Below, piece by piece: positions 63,842 to 64,000 of a stretch of DNA of 64,000 nt. The translations under genes and the position numbers were made by a program. This DNA is from Ylistrum balloti. Its lineage: Eukaryota. The notes beneath the pieces were generated by a model that worked only from the letters and a program-made list of their open reading frames with translations, was not told the DNA's origin and made no database searches. The stretch covers positions 124,001 to 188,000 of the forward strand of contig NW_026782699.1 of NCBI RefSeq assembly GCF_031769215.1. Direction: 5' to 3'. Numbering within the stretch: position 1 is the first letter of the stretch; every line of letters begins with the position of its first letter.

Positions 63842-64000
63842 GTAAGAGTTTTTGTTGTTTCCTCTTTCAAAGCATTAATTTACACTCGGATAAACATTCC
63901 TAAAGGTCAGATATTTTTATTATTTTATTAATATTTCTTTTTATCTTGCAACTAGAAATGATTTTTTTTCCAGACTTATAACGGAAAATAAGGTGGTGAC

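Overview
Eukaryotic, AT-rich, intron-containing DNA from an invertebrate animal, most likely a bivalve mollusc (inferred from its repeat families and gene structures). I assembled the exons by hand from GT-AG signals and reading-frame phase. The left 27 kb is a cluster of macrodomain/ADP-ribosyltransferase genes: a probable paralogue running off the left edge, plus two complete head-to-head 10-exon genes, each with two macrodomains and a PARP catalytic domain. Unlike vertebrate macro-PARPs (PARP9/14/15), both complete genes carry a tankyrase-like catalytic domain with an intact H-Y-E triad and a shared Cys3-His insert. Both promoter regions contain paired IRF/ISRE-like motifs. This is the best candidate for an undescribed system: a possibly immune-inducible ADP-ribose reader-writer cluster. 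The rest holds housekeeping genes in two more head-to-head pairs: NDUFC2(-)/PRMT9(+) and DNAJA3(-)/CORO7(+, runs off the right edge). The window also has a truncated LINE, MITEs, Helentron/pearl-like non-autonomous repeats and several minisatellites. There are no CRISPR arrays, and I recognised no rRNA or tRNA genes.
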